Source: Azolla caroliniana
Taxonomy: Eukaryota > Plantae > Polypodiophyta
DNA length: 64,000 bases
Direction: 5' to 3'
Assembly (NCBI GenBank): GCA_043228905.1
Contig: JBHGNT010000001.1
Coordinates: 3,348,001 to 3,412,000 of the forward strand
Under the pieces are notes generated by a model, which was given only the letters and a program-made list of their open reading frames with translations, did not search any database and was not told the DNA's origin. Position 1 is the stretch's first letter. Every line of letters starts with the position of its first letter. A program made the position numbers and the translations under genes. Positions 11,546 to 24,799 of the stretch are shown here, piece after piece.

Positions 11546-14500
11546 ACTCCAAATCTGAGAAGCAATCGGGCATTGTATAAATCGATGAGTACTATCTTCC
11601 ATTTGAACAGTGCAAAAAAAACAATTACCCGTTGCTAGTCCACGACGCTTTAGAACTAATCCCAAAGGCAATCCTCCAATCAAAACTCTCCAAATGAAGA
11701 CCTTTGCTACAAGTGGCAATTTAGAATGCCAACTACATTGTAATATTTGCCACCACCCATGATTAGATTTATGTAATCTCCATGCTTCTTCAACCTTAAA
11801 TGATAACCATCCAAGAGACTCAACAAAGTAATGATACAAAAGATTAGTAGTCACTTGTAACAATGATCCACGGTTGTTCTCCTGTTTGTAGAGGTAAGGG
11901 ACCTTGGATCAATGGAATATTTGACGTAGTTGTTGCCAAATAAACCCATAATTAGGCGGAATGTGTAATAATTGTCGTGCTTCAACAAACTCCAAAATTC
12001 TTTGAGATGGAGCCTCAATTATATCTCCCACCTCTTTGACCCCCAAACGAAACAAATGATTAAATTGAAAGCATAATCTCTCCTTTCCTAACCAATATAA
12101 AAGCCGAGAAGAGACAAGTAACACTTTTTGCAAAGAATTACAATGCTCTCTACTAGATGATGGTTTCCATACACATAACAAGAGTGCTTCTTGCCATGAG
12201 GTAACCAAGTGTTGAACACATGTAGAGCCCGGAATCCTAAGTGAAATACATCCATTTAGTAATTGCCACCATGAAGCCTTAATTGTTGTCCTCCCATGTG
12301 TTAAACCCTCGTTCTCAATGAAATATTGAATAATAGATATCCATGGTTGTGAGTTTGAACACATGTCTTGTAATAATGAAAATCTACAAGCCATCATATG
12401 CTTAGATAAATTCAATACTCCAGCTCCCCCCAAGCGCTTAGGAGTTGCTAGATGATTCCATGCAACCCAAGTGATTCCCATCTTATCCCTTTTCTTCCAC
12501 AACAAATATCGAAGATGTTGCAAAATAGAATGCAAAGCCTTCTTTGTCCACAACAACAGTGGCAAGTAATATAATATCATAGGTTCCATAATACATTGTA
12601 CAACCTTCAAACGTACATGAAATGGCCAAGATTGTGATTTCCAATACATGAACTTATCCCTCAACTTACTAGACATCCATTCAATCAATTGACCATTTGT
12701 ATCCTTCATTCCTAATGGATAGCCCAAGTGTCGAAAAATAGAGCCTTTCTTCATCACGGATCCTTGCCATCCTAAACATTCCAAATCCCTTTCAGTACAT
12801 GATATGATACTAGACTTCCTCCAATTAATATGTAATCCGGAAGCCAATGCAAATTGGTTCCATACAAGCATCCCCTTCTCAAGATTCTCTCGTGAGGCTT
12901 GTAGAAACATGATAGAATCATCAACCAAAGCTTGTGCAACTAGTTGCCCTCCAGACGAAAGGTGTAGACCCACAATATCACCATTTGTTGCAAGCCTTGA
13001 TAGCATCACTAATAAGGGATGAGTAACAATAGCAAACAACAACGGGCTAATGGGGCATCCTTGACGAACGGATCTTGTAAGGGCAAATATCTAATGTAAC
13101 TCCTCCATTAAGCATGACTCGAGAGACCGCATCTTGTCCTAATAAGAATATGAGGCGAGACATACGAGGTCCAAAGCCCATTGTGTGCATTAACCCAGAA
13201 ACAAAGGACCAATTAACATGATAATAAACTTTCTCCAAATCTAATTGCACCATAATCAATTCTTGATGAGCGTTTCGAGCATAATCCATGGCCATTTGAA
13301 CATTCAACACATTATGCAATATATTCCTACCTGCAATAAAACCATATTGGGCAGGATGTATCAACTTTGGCAAATACTTTTGTAATCTATTTGCCAAGAC
13401 CTTTGTAAATATCTTATACAACCCCCCCATCAAAGAAATAGGTCTCCATTGATGAAATGACTCTTGAGATGCCACCTTTGGAACTAATTTAATTAGACCA
13501 ACCTTCCAAGCTTGAGGCATACGACCAAAATCCCAAGAATGTTGAAACATCAAAGTTAACAACCCCTTTAAAATGTGTGAATATCGCATAAAAACTTCAT
13601 TTGTCAAGCCATCCCAACCAGGGCTCTTACCACTAGGAAGATGCCTTAAAACTATGTTCACCTCATCCTCAATGAAATCCGTATCCAATTCATGACTAAT
13701 GAGGTCATGCACAATACATCCAACCACATCATAAAACTCATGGTGTGCTCTACTCACCTCATTTGTCATTAACAATTGTGGGCCAAACAACTCCTTAAAG
13801 TAATGAACACATATGTCAATTATTTTAGTAGGATCCACTATCCATTCATCACCTTGTTTCACATGTACCACATTAGATCGAGTATAAGTAGGATGTAACG
13901 CTCGGAAAAACAAATGGGATTGACATTGATTATCTATGAGCCCATCCCTCAATTGTCATATCTTCGCATAACAATAACTTTGGCATTGCAACTGAGAAAT
14001 AATAACATGCAATTGACTTTGGATATCCAAAAGTTCCTCATCTAAAGGTACATGTATCAATAATGCATTACACCTAGAGAGAACTTGTGAGAATTTTAGA
14101 AGAAGACCTCTTCTTCGTTGAGCATTAGTTACTCCATACATACGATGAACGATCTTAATATTTCGTAATGTGATATCCCATGCTTTAACTCCTTTAGGAT
14201 TCACTTCTTGTGAAAAATTTACCAAAATTTGCTCGATGAGAGAATCAAAGTGAGCTTGAAGCAAAAGAGAAGAGTTAAAGTGTAATGGAGGCTTTCCAAG
14301 TAAGGATTTATACATGTCAATTGCATGACCACAAATCTCCAGACAAATAGGAAAGTGATATGAAGTTCCTACATCTTGTAAAACTGCCATACAAAGTGAT
14401 TTCGGCAAAAAAGAATCATTGTGCATCACATACATTCTATCTAACCGACTCCATGTTTGTCTATGTTGAGCGGATTGGAAAGTAAAACATGGATCATTCC

Positions 14501-15035
14501 CATCCACCCATGTCCAAACATCCAACTTCAAAACCTCCATAGCCAATGAATCCCAAGCAAGTTGCTCAGGATCATCCATGATTGAATGTTCAAACGTAGA
14601 TTGAGATGCATCAACACACATGTTAAAATCACCCATAAGTAATCCTGGATGGCCCACACATAGGGTTTGACGGAGTGAACCCCATAATGCAATACGTTGA
14701 GTGGCTTGGTTAGGGGCATAAATCCCAACCACCCACACAACCTCGCCAAAAAAAGTGATTTCTAGAACCAAAAACCGACCATAAGGATCATTATCCACCA
14801 CCTAAGGAAAATACTTATCCCACGGGATTAATACCACACCTGAATAATGATTATTAAGATGTCCTACATAGAATGATGAATATCCACGCAAATGAACTGT
14901 GGATCCTGCTAACTCATGACACTTATGCTCAACTGCACATAATATATCTCATTCTTTACTTAATAAAGTTTGCCATAATATATACTTCTTATGAGGAGAA
15001 CATGCCCCTCTCACATTCCATGTTACCACTTTCAT
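11546..15035 (-). pseudogene. L1 ORF2 (APE endonuclease, reverse transcriptase, zf-RVT), disrupted
   Basis: ORFs 13956-14801, 13047-13952, 11909-13042 and 11546-11863 are collinear ORF2 pieces. Confidence 0.9.
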
Positions 15036-15048
15036 TCAGTCAACAATG

Positions 15049-16635
15049 TTATGGGTGCACTTGCTCCTTTAGAGCAACCGATGTCATGAAACTAGTCAAA
15101 GCATGCTCCAATGCTACGTATGGATTTTCATGCACCACATCCTTAAAGTTGTCTATTGAACTCTTTTGTTTAGGTTCTCCTGCTTGACGAAAACCTCGAG
15201 AATTCGATGAATTTACAACCCGTCCCAATGAATCAAATTGAAGATGAAGGGGTAATCCCTTATCCCTAAATTGTCTTTGCCAAGGAACTTTTCGAGGACC
15301 CTCCCTAGTTCCTAAATTACTTTTCCAAGTAGTCTCACGAGTAGTGGGCAAACTATTACGTTGCATATTCATTGATTTGCCCTTCAACTTGCCTTGAACC
15401 TGATGCCAATCCTTTTCAACAACAACATAATTACTAGTTCTATCCAACGGTTTTTTCCCCTTATCTATAACCACCAAATTTTGTTTTTCCATATCCATAG
15501 ATTGAGTTCCCTTATTCTTAGGGCCCAAACCTTGAAGTGAAACCTCTTTATAACCTGCTCTAAATGATGTTCCTTCATCCATAACAACCACCATATCTGA
15601 CACAACAACATCTCTCCCAACTCCTTCCTTACCATTCCCTTCATTAGGAACCTCTATAGTTGAAGGACAATGACGATGGCATTCCGCCATAAAGTGACCC
15701 CATTCACCACATCCAAAAGAGTGATCTGCAAATGTCTCCCACTTCAATTTAAAACAAAGTCTTTTCATTCCAGGTGTGTTCATACGCACCCATCCTAGCC
15801 TCTTACGACTTGTATCCCATAATACACAAAATCTGCACTTATTTGTAGCATTTGCATGTGGAGATACCAACACTTTACCCATTTGACTCATCAACTCTGG
15901 TAAAAGTGGCCATAAAAAAGCATGCTTACAATCCATTGTTACCCAAACAGGGCATTCTTGTTTCAACAAAGCATGATAGTCCACAACAGGGAACCATTGC
16001 ATTACATGCACCAATTGTTTATCAAAAAACACTGGAACTTTAGCCAACAGTGCACTTCGATGTTCCGGTGGACGAAACACTACATCATAAAACCCTCATG
16101 GTCCTGCATATACATTTTCAACACAATTTGGTGACATGATTTTGTTCAACCATTGTTTAATCCAATTAATGTATGGGAGTTTCCCAATAAAAAACAATAT
16201 AACTACACAATCATAGAATACATCAAAAGATTGCAAAACTACCTTAGCATCAACATCCACATCATGCACATCCTCATCATTGCATTCTTTCGCTGCATTT
16301 TCATTTTCTTCCACAATATCAAACAATAAGGTATTGACAATTCCCCATAAAGTATCCCAATTACAATTATCCTTGTCAACCTCATCTACATGTATTACTT
16401 CAGCATATGTCGCTTTTTTCTCATTAATTTCCTCAATGCCCTTAAACCTCTTAGAGCTTCCAATGTCTTCCCTTTCACGATTACATTCAACCATCACATT
16501 ACTCTTTTTTGGATCAATTGTTTCCATATCGATGTCCCCCACAATTTGAGAGGAATTCATGTTTATATCCATTATTCTTGATGTGATAGTGATCCGGGAT
16601 AAAAACATTTTTCCATGAACAAGAATGACAACCAA
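15049..16635 (-). pseudogene. L1 ORF1 (DUF4283/zinc-knuckle type), disrupted
   Basis: VENVYAGP / CPVWVT / MGKVL motifs and degenerate CCHC; homologous to 39333-40584. Confidence 0.85.
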
Positions 16636-16887
16636 AATTCACCCGATTGAAGAGGTCGAAGATGATGAATACAATCGAAGACCCACAATGTGTGTTGAGT
16701 ATGTGGATGCCAACAACACAAGATTCCTTATTTTAATCACTACTTCTCTCACATACCACCAAATTTAACTTGTTATATCTTGTTATGAAGCTCTAATCGA
16801 GGGCTTTCCAACGCATGTCTTTATGCTCAATTCCGTTACCGATAGAGAGTGCAACAATAAAAACAATTTCTCTTTTTCTTCCCCTCT

Positions 16888-16891
<4 letters not shown>

Positions 16892-16933
<42 letters not shown>
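16892..16933. repeat. (CT)n microsatellite
   Basis: Seen directly; other (CT)n runs at ~21716-21762, 37936-37972, 40820-40846 and 41007-41027. Confidence 0.95.
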
Positions 16934-16938
<5 letters not shown>

Positions 16939-18892
16939 TCAACATTAGTTCCTTTGTTTCTGTCTCCAAGTGGTGTTGCTTCTCCCGCTTCTATTCTTGC
17001 GTATCTACTTGAGTCTCTAAACCCGTGTCCAGAATCCGACGACAAGCCCAAATCGGACATAGGGTTTACAAGCCCATGCGCTCCGTAAAGGTCTCCGGAA
17101 ACCGAGCCAGATGGAACACTGGAAGCTTAGTGACCTCTCTTCCTCCTACTCCTTAGTCCAAGACCCCTGTGGTTCTACTTGAATCGACACATGCACGCGA
17201 ATATCCGCGACATCGTATCATACGCGAATGTATGCAAACGTTCACATACGTCCACCAAATTGGACGCACGCGAATATTAGGAATTAATAATGGTCTAAAT
17301 GAAAGAAAGGTAGAGAATTTAACCATTGTGCTCATACGAGTGTGAAAAGAAAACATTGCAAGAGATTGTAAAGGTCATTTTTGTACCATTTTAGTTCTTC
17401 TTCCTTGTTTTGGAGATTTAATCTAGAGTATTTATCTCTTTCTCTCTCCCTCCCTCTCTAGCTCTCTCCTAATGGAAGCATGCTTGTTCATTTGTGCTTG
17501 CTTATTGTATTGTTTAACCAAGAAGAATATTAAGCTAGAATTAGCGTCATAACTATTATAGCTATTTAAGAGAGGAAGTGGTGTTCACATAATTTTAATA
17601 TACCAATGATAGTACCTCGAAAGTGTGTGATGACTAGTCTCACAACCTTGGAAAGGAGATAGAACTCTAACTAAGAGAAAGTCGCGCATGCTGTGTAACA
17701 CACCTAGAAGTGACACATCCACTTGGGTGTTGCTACGAGGATGACTAGATCATTGGTTTAAGCTTTCAATGAGATTTTCCCAACCTGTCAAGGAATGCAA
17801 TTATAGTTTAAAAGGTGAGAGAAGCCACATGGAGGAAAGGTGAGAGAAGCCATGATGGAAGGTTGAAGTCTTCCGACACCAGTGGTGTGGCCTAAGCTTT
17901 CGTCGCGACGATTGTGTTACCTATTCCAATCTACTAGTCATCCTAATATCCATCGATATTGGATGTTAGTGGTAGGTTGACTCTCAACCATAGCTCGAGG
18001 TGGTCGGGAGGAACGAGTCCTTCTATCCAATCTGTTTACCTTTCATTTACTTTAATTTGGTCTATTGATTCTTAACAAAAAGGGACATCAAGAATATCCC
18101 AAAGAGACGAATGAGAAGCTAATTGCGGAGCGTAGGGCTCTCAATCCTAAATGTATCTTATTTGAGTGCATGCAAGTATTTTAATGATTGAACTATACCT
18201 AGATGAACTTCCACAATATCTGGTTAGATTTGTCTACTTATCCATCAAATTGTTGGAACTTGGTAGTTATGGCCTCACAGAACTAGGGACCCAACTAACA
18301 CTTCCACTTGTTGATATAGCTTACCTCGTAGATTGAGCACCTACAAACTCATTTGGTCACCACCATTACAAGCAACTCTAACTCATTTCTCGATAATTTG
18401 TCATGCGTCAATGCTAAGAACTTTGAATCTCTAATATCATGTTATATTATGGTGATACATGGGTACTCATCAGCAAATTATTAGCAATACAGGAATCAAA
18501 ACAATAATATATTATGAAAAGACATTATCTGTGATTACAACAACTTATGTTGGAACCGAGGTGTTTATCTCTAATAAGAAAGGTAAAACCTTGAGCTTGA
18601 GAGGCTTCTAATCTGGTGGGATTGTAAAATTTTCTAGTCTACGTTTTGTTGTGGAACTGAATAAAGCAACAAACAATATAAAAACAAGAATAACAAGAGT
18701 TGGTAAGACAGATGAGATTCTCAAGACTAAACAAAAGCATGATGAGTCAAAGCAAAAAGTTTTGTTAGTATGTGCCAAATTCCATTGGTCAAGTAGTGAA
18801 GTTTTTTTTTTTACGTAATTAGATCTTGTGCTTATGTATTTCTGTTATACTCGGTGAAGTAGTTGGAAAGAATTGTACACTCTATCGAGAGA

Positions 18893-19234
18893 GAAAATTG
18901 ATCTAATTTGTTTCAAATATGAGCTATATCTATTTTCCTTGAGCATTTGGTTTGGCTTAGGATCAACTAGTTTTGAAAACTACCCAAACAAGATTATTGA
19001 GTGGTTTTCTTACTACTATGGGTATGCAAATTTGGAATATGCTTCTAGATAGCTTGGAGTCGGTGAAAATTGATCTAATTTGTTTCAAATATGAGCTATA
19101 TCTATTTTCCTTGAGCATTTGGTTTGGCTTAGGATCAACTAGTTTTGAAAACTACCCAAACAAGATTATTGAGTGGTTTTCTTACTACTATGGGTATGCA
19201 AATTTGGAATATGCTTCTAGATAGCTTGGAGTCG
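18893..19234. repeat. Near-perfect tandem duplication, 172-bp period
   Basis: gaaaattgatctaatttg...agcttggagtcg at 18893 and 19065, identical by eye. Confidence 0.92.
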
Positions 19235-21716
19235 TGGGAGGGGTTCAGACAGAGACATTAATGCAAACATTTAAATCTAAGCTCTGTGTCATGTGCTTCT
19301 AGGTGAGAATATATATATATATATATATACATATATAACAACCGATTATCCTAATCACGAATACCCCACCCACCATGAGGAAATTATATTTATCACATGG
19401 GTATGATCTATCTTAAGACTAGAAAATTTACTTTACATTAGTGGTGCAACCTTCATGGAGGATATGAAATTGGATTTATCACATGGCTATCATTTATCTT
19501 CAACTATAAAATACATATATTTGTGTGCATAATGATATCTCACAATTTCCATTTATAATTTATTAGCTTATTCCTTGCTTTTATCCTCAAACGTTAATTG
19601 GTGGTGCAACAATATCCATGACAACTTGTTTCTAGACCTTTCAAATTATCGATGCTAAACTGTAGATTATGCCTTTTAGGATTCCACACATTTCATCTTT
19701 TGTTGAGCATTTGCGGTTGGAATTCAAATTTGTTAAAGTAATTACGCAAGTATCTATTACATATTCAAGAGAGATTGCTAAACAAAATGTGGATAAACAT
19801 TTTAATTTATTGTGCTTATATGTAAAAAGCTTCTAGCATTTGACTTTAATAATAACTATTGTGTCTATCATTTTTTATGATTTGGGAATTTATACAAAAA
19901 ACATTTTGGTTGTGCAAGACCTCACTTGATGTCTCCTATCCATTTCATACAATCATAGATTTTGCTTTCGTAGAACTGACCACATGAAGATAGACTGTTA
20001 CGTTCATAGAATAAAATGTTCACATAGAAAGACCCAATGGGAATAACAAAGAAATACTAAATACTAAGATCTACCTTGCGCCTAAGAGGTTAATAGGCAA
20101 GTTACGAGGCAAGTTAATTTCAATTTTCAACTGATCAAAAGAATTTATTTTAAATTGTTTATTTATCTCTTGAAGTTCATATTGATCCGTTTGATACCTA
20201 AATATAAGCAAAGAAAAAAAGTTGTCATCACAATAAAAGAACATTCTATAGAGCCCATTTGATTAGTATGGGTTATTAATGTGCATACCTTAATTATTAA
20301 TGGGGAATATCTTAAAATTTAATGCTCTATTTTACCGATAAGAGCTATCTAGAAAATATCAAACATTTGTCGTTTAAAGAAATGAGCATTTAATTGTCGT
20401 TCAAAGTGTTAGAGAAATTTGAAGAGTTTCTAATTCCATATTCATAGATACATAGTCAACGAGGACTTGATGTTGCCGATAATTTTGCAAGTGCGATGCG
20501 GTTGCATATGATAGCGAGTGGCCCTTTTGGGCAATCACGTGTAATGCCACTATCATTTGTAGTGCTGATAGAAACTAGGAGCTTTGTTGACACAATATTC
20601 CAATTTCAAATATCTTATGAAAGAGTTTCATGCTTTATCTTTATCTTTATTTTTATTGTGGGTATGGCAAGTGTGTCATCGTGTGATGATTCCCAAATTT
20701 GTTTATTGATGGAAAATCAAATTTGATTTGTGACATTCCCTATACTTTTTACTTTCTTAACCAAAGTCATCATATATAAGTCAAACATTGCATTGTTGCG
20801 TAGTGTATAACTCAAACTAGTTTTTTCAAGAGGCTTTAGCTCCACCCACACCTCTTTGTTATCCTGTTACTTTCTTTTCTTTTCAACTCTTCAACATGAG
20901 TAGCCTACTATTAAAAATACTTATCATTTCAATTCTCATAAACACATGCATTGCATCTCGGCATATCCTACTAGGTGTGTTATATAGGCTTGTACAATCA
21001 CGAGACTATGTTCTTTCTAAACACTTGATTTCACTGTAGTAATTTTTTGGGGGTTTTCTCTGCTGCAGATACCAAGAATGCATCAGAATCAGAGACGGCA
21101 ACAATATCCAAAACAAATCACTTTGAACCAAAAAATGTAATGAATTAATTTGTAGGTAATTTGTTTGTAATAATGTAATGTGGTCAAGGGGGTTATGATA
21201 GCTTGAACTCTTCTTCTTATTGCAGGGACAAGGAATTAACAAAGAAGATGTATTGTTCCAAAGTGATAAAACAAAGTTTGTTGGTAAAACCACACAAACC
21301 AAAAGAAAGGATGGCAAAGTTTCTAATGAAGATTACATTTGTGCTAATTCATGCTAACATATTGGATGAATGCTCATGTTTCCCTTGATTAGTTATGATC
21401 AATTATTTAGCCTAATCAATTTTCCTAATCTTGTAAACCAAAAAGTAAAAATTGTCCATATGCTAGTTTATTTAAAGTAGACCTTTTGCTTTCAAATTTA
21501 GCATATATTGATGTAGGGTGTTTGTTCGTATAGTCTTTTGTCTCTGTTTAATCATGTGGTATTTACTATTTATTATTAAATGACCCATGTGTTTGTGTGG
21601 AAGAAGGGCCTACATTCATTTACATGGATCAAAGAAGAGCCTAGGTTAATGTGAGCCCAAGGTCTCCTTGTCGACCTCTATTTTCTTGTGAAAACTGAAA
21701 AACACAACAATGATAC

Positions 21717-21761
<45 letters not shown>

Positions 21762-21763
<2 letters not shown>

Positions 21764-22084
21764 GTAAAACACACCATCATGTTATTTGGATGTAAAAACT
21801 ACCATTACAATACCATTGCACTTGCTACATAATTTCCCAAGTGCCATCAAATGAGTTGAAGCAATCGCCACATGCTCTAACATCCATGATTCCATAGTTG
21901 TCACATAAGTATGCCTTTAAACTTTCTAATAAATACATGAATTCCATCTCATCTTTTGGACCATCTTTCAACAACATCAAACTCTAAACAACCTTTGAGA
22001 TACTAGATGCCACTATGGAATGTAGGCATTTAACCCATGACTGTTTGGTCTCCTTTGGGCAACCTTACCAACTGAGCTACATCC
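21762..22084 (-). mobile_element. Putative tRNA-derived SINE with (GA)n tail
   Basis: Minus strand begins GGATGTAGCTCAGTTGGTAAGG (A box), then GGGTTAAATGCC (degenerate B box). A second partial head at 22196-22240 has GGGTTCAACCCC. Body and tail motifs recur next to (CT)n at ~37975 and ~40905. Confidence 0.5.
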
Positions 22085-22594
22085 ATTTTGGGAGCTAGCT
22101 TACCCAAGGCTACAAGCACTAGGTCTTCAGTGGGTTCAAAACCTAATTTTCTCACATCTATATATCTCCATATGTGTCTCTTAACTTATTAGATATCACT
22201 ATGGAATGTAGGGGTTGAACCCATGACCATATGGTCTCCATCATAATATCCCTCCCTCCCTCCCCCAGATTTATAATTTAATAAAAACTATAAAGAAGTC
22301 AAAATTAGGAGACCATAAGGACCTTATGAACTTATGTAAACCTACGAAATGGTTTGCCAAAGGGGCTAACACATAATTTGAAAATGTTGCGAGACAAAAA
22401 CACTTAACTAGGTGTGTCAACCACCCTAAATCTTCCAACCACCCTTTCAATCGCTTGGTATGTCTTTGCAGTCTCATGTATGCATCAAATAAGTTTGAAT
22501 TTGACATAATTTGAGCATGCCATGAGCTCCAGTGCCTCAAGAAATGAAACACTATCTCAAAATGTTGTGAAACCAAAATTGATTTGATTAGACT

Positions 22595-23770
22595 TTTATT
22601 TATTTATTTATTTTAAAACTACACCATAGTTTCCATTACCAATCCAAAAAGCATATACAAGACATACAATGATACAATGCAGCGGCGGGTAAGATATCCC
22701 CCATTATGTCATAATTGACACCAACCTCTACCTATGGAAGAAACAACCATCGGGGGGGTACATATTGTCAATCCATTTTCTCATTTCTCTCCACAAAAAC
22801 TAACAAATCCTTCCATTTGCCTTTAAAGGATTGTTGTTTCATAAAAATCATATCTTCATTACCTGTGAAGGAGTCATATTGATTTGATTAGACTTTGATG
22901 CAAACAATCCTTGAATCTTTGACGAAGTAGATCTATGACTTTTAAAAATCGTAAATCAAGTTCTAGCCATTTGAAACACCAAATTTGTCATTTGTTATCT
23001 AGCCACAACATCTTGCCTTGAAATCAAACCATCCTTTGCCATCCAATGAAATTGAAAATTTCCACCCAAACATTCCACAAGAGGACTATTGTCTTTGTTT
23101 TTGTGAAATCGGTCCTAGCTTTCAAAGTAAAATATGTTACCAAACATTTCCAATATATTTGGGTTCCCTTGATATCCATTAAATGAGACTTGCGTATGAA
23201 ACATACATATCAGTTGAAAATACTAAATCCAAAGAGACCGTATGATAATGGGGAACCGTCAGTCCTACCCAATGAAAAACGTGCCAACTCCTATACATGA
23301 TATGAGGGCTAAATTGAGCATATTAAATCTTCAATTTTTAGGTGACAAAACAATTCCTAAATCTTTACCAATAAATTTTTTGTGTCGTGCCCCAAAACAT
23401 GTTTTTCCAAGTAATTTGTAAATACCTTACACAAACCCCTCATCAAAGAAATATGTCACCATTGATGAAACGACTTCAGTGATGATATATTTGGAACCAA
23501 TTTGATTCAACCAACATTCAAGCATCGATACTTCCAGTTACAACAAAGATCCCAAACAACGGTAGACATTAAAGTTAAGGGTCCATTAAAAATGTTGGAA
23601 TACAACTTTAAAACTTCATTTGTCACGATATCCCAACCAATTCCCTTACCCACTAGAGAGACGTCGTAAAACCTAGTCCACCTCACTCTCTATCAAATCC
23701 CCATACAATTCATGGATTTAGTGATTGTGCATAATACATCCAACCAAATCATAAAAACATGGCATGGGAT
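22595..23770 (-). mobile_element. Old, internally deleted L1 remnant (3' end plus RT fragment)
   Basis: ~23430-23765 aligns with 13405-13745 (catcaaagaaata, aaaacttcatttgtca, atacatccaacca); T-rich tail at ~22595-22614. Confidence 0.7.
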
Positions 23771-24799
23771 GATCACCCTGACCAAAATCCTAAGCCTTGT
23801 AAAACTTTCATTTTTCATGCTTTTCTCCCTTCACACATGTGGCATCATGATGACGTATTGACCAACACCCACTCGATTTAGTTTCAATTGGTATTGGAAC
23901 AATATACATGATTCAATAGGAATCCATAGTTAATCTTTATATTGCAAGATATATGTATTCCTAAGGTACATAATTAATTATCGTAAAATAAGTGCAACCA
24001 TCACAATACATTGAAAATAATACGGCTAGGTTGTGTAGGCCAGTCAATACAATACGCTCAAAAGAGTTAAAAAGACCGTAATGCACAGTCTTAAATGGAA
24101 GTAAAAGATTTGGAGCAATGTTGCCAAATATTGTTCAAGAAGCAAATCAACAAATGATGACACACGTCATTCACTTCTTGAGGGTGAAACCCCAATGCAC
24201 GTGTTAGTTTCATGTGAACACCAATGAGTGAGTTGAAGAAAATTTTCCTCATGGTAGACCACGTCTGTGTGAGCCATGCACACGTAATTCGTAATTCGCA
24301 ATCAGATATAATGTGTGCTTACAGTTCAAGTTGAGGTTCACAAACAAAATTGGGTAACGAAACCAAGCTCCAGGGCAAGGTTCACGGGACGTGGTAAAGA
24401 AACATGCCATGCCAATGGTGATCGGTCGGCTGGCATGCATCGGCATGGGAAGCGCGAGGGCTAACTAGGGGCCATTAGGTTTGCGAGACCGGTTAGATGG
24501 CCAGCCGGACATCTCAGTGCGGTCCTGTCCGCCCCATCTTGAGGTGAGGTGCCCACGCTGGGAGCAACCTCTCGCTGTGTGTGTGTGTGTGTGTGTCTGT
24601 TTGTGATGTGAACAAAGTGAATTTGTATGTTTCTGATGCGGAAGAAATTTACTTTCCTTTTCTTGTCGTGATCAAAGAGCGAGAGAGATAGATAGAAGTG
24701 CGAAGAAGGGGTCCTTCCTGATGAATGGATGATCCATGTCAATCCTACCCTCGCCGCTCATAGCAGAACGCACACAAATCCTTCCTTCTTTACTTCAAT

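Larger units (their letters stand above)
11546..16880 (-). mobile_element. Near full-length but degenerate plant L1 LINE (3' end lost)
   Basis: ORF1 pieces 16635-16096 and 16080-15049 (DUF4283-like, degenerate knuckle GCGEWGHFMAEC). ORF2 starts at 15035 (MKVVTWNVRG), with endonuclease GDFN/SRLDR, RT KSPGWDG/WRPISL/LDLEK/VDD and zf-RVT (KVFIWR..CFFC..EDSTHRFIQC). Multiple stops and frameshifts. Confidence 0.93.

Noticed and set aside
11147-11863. 238-aa ORF as a novel protein
   Set aside because: Chimeric read-through from the L1 zf-RVT region into the antisense strand of an LTR at ~11545
17520-18090. Possible solo LTR
   Set aside because: TATA-like and LTR-like composition, but no clear TG...CA termini with a TSD
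22010-22084. Functional tRNA gene
   Set aside because: Degenerate B box and no clean cloverleaf; treated as a SINE head
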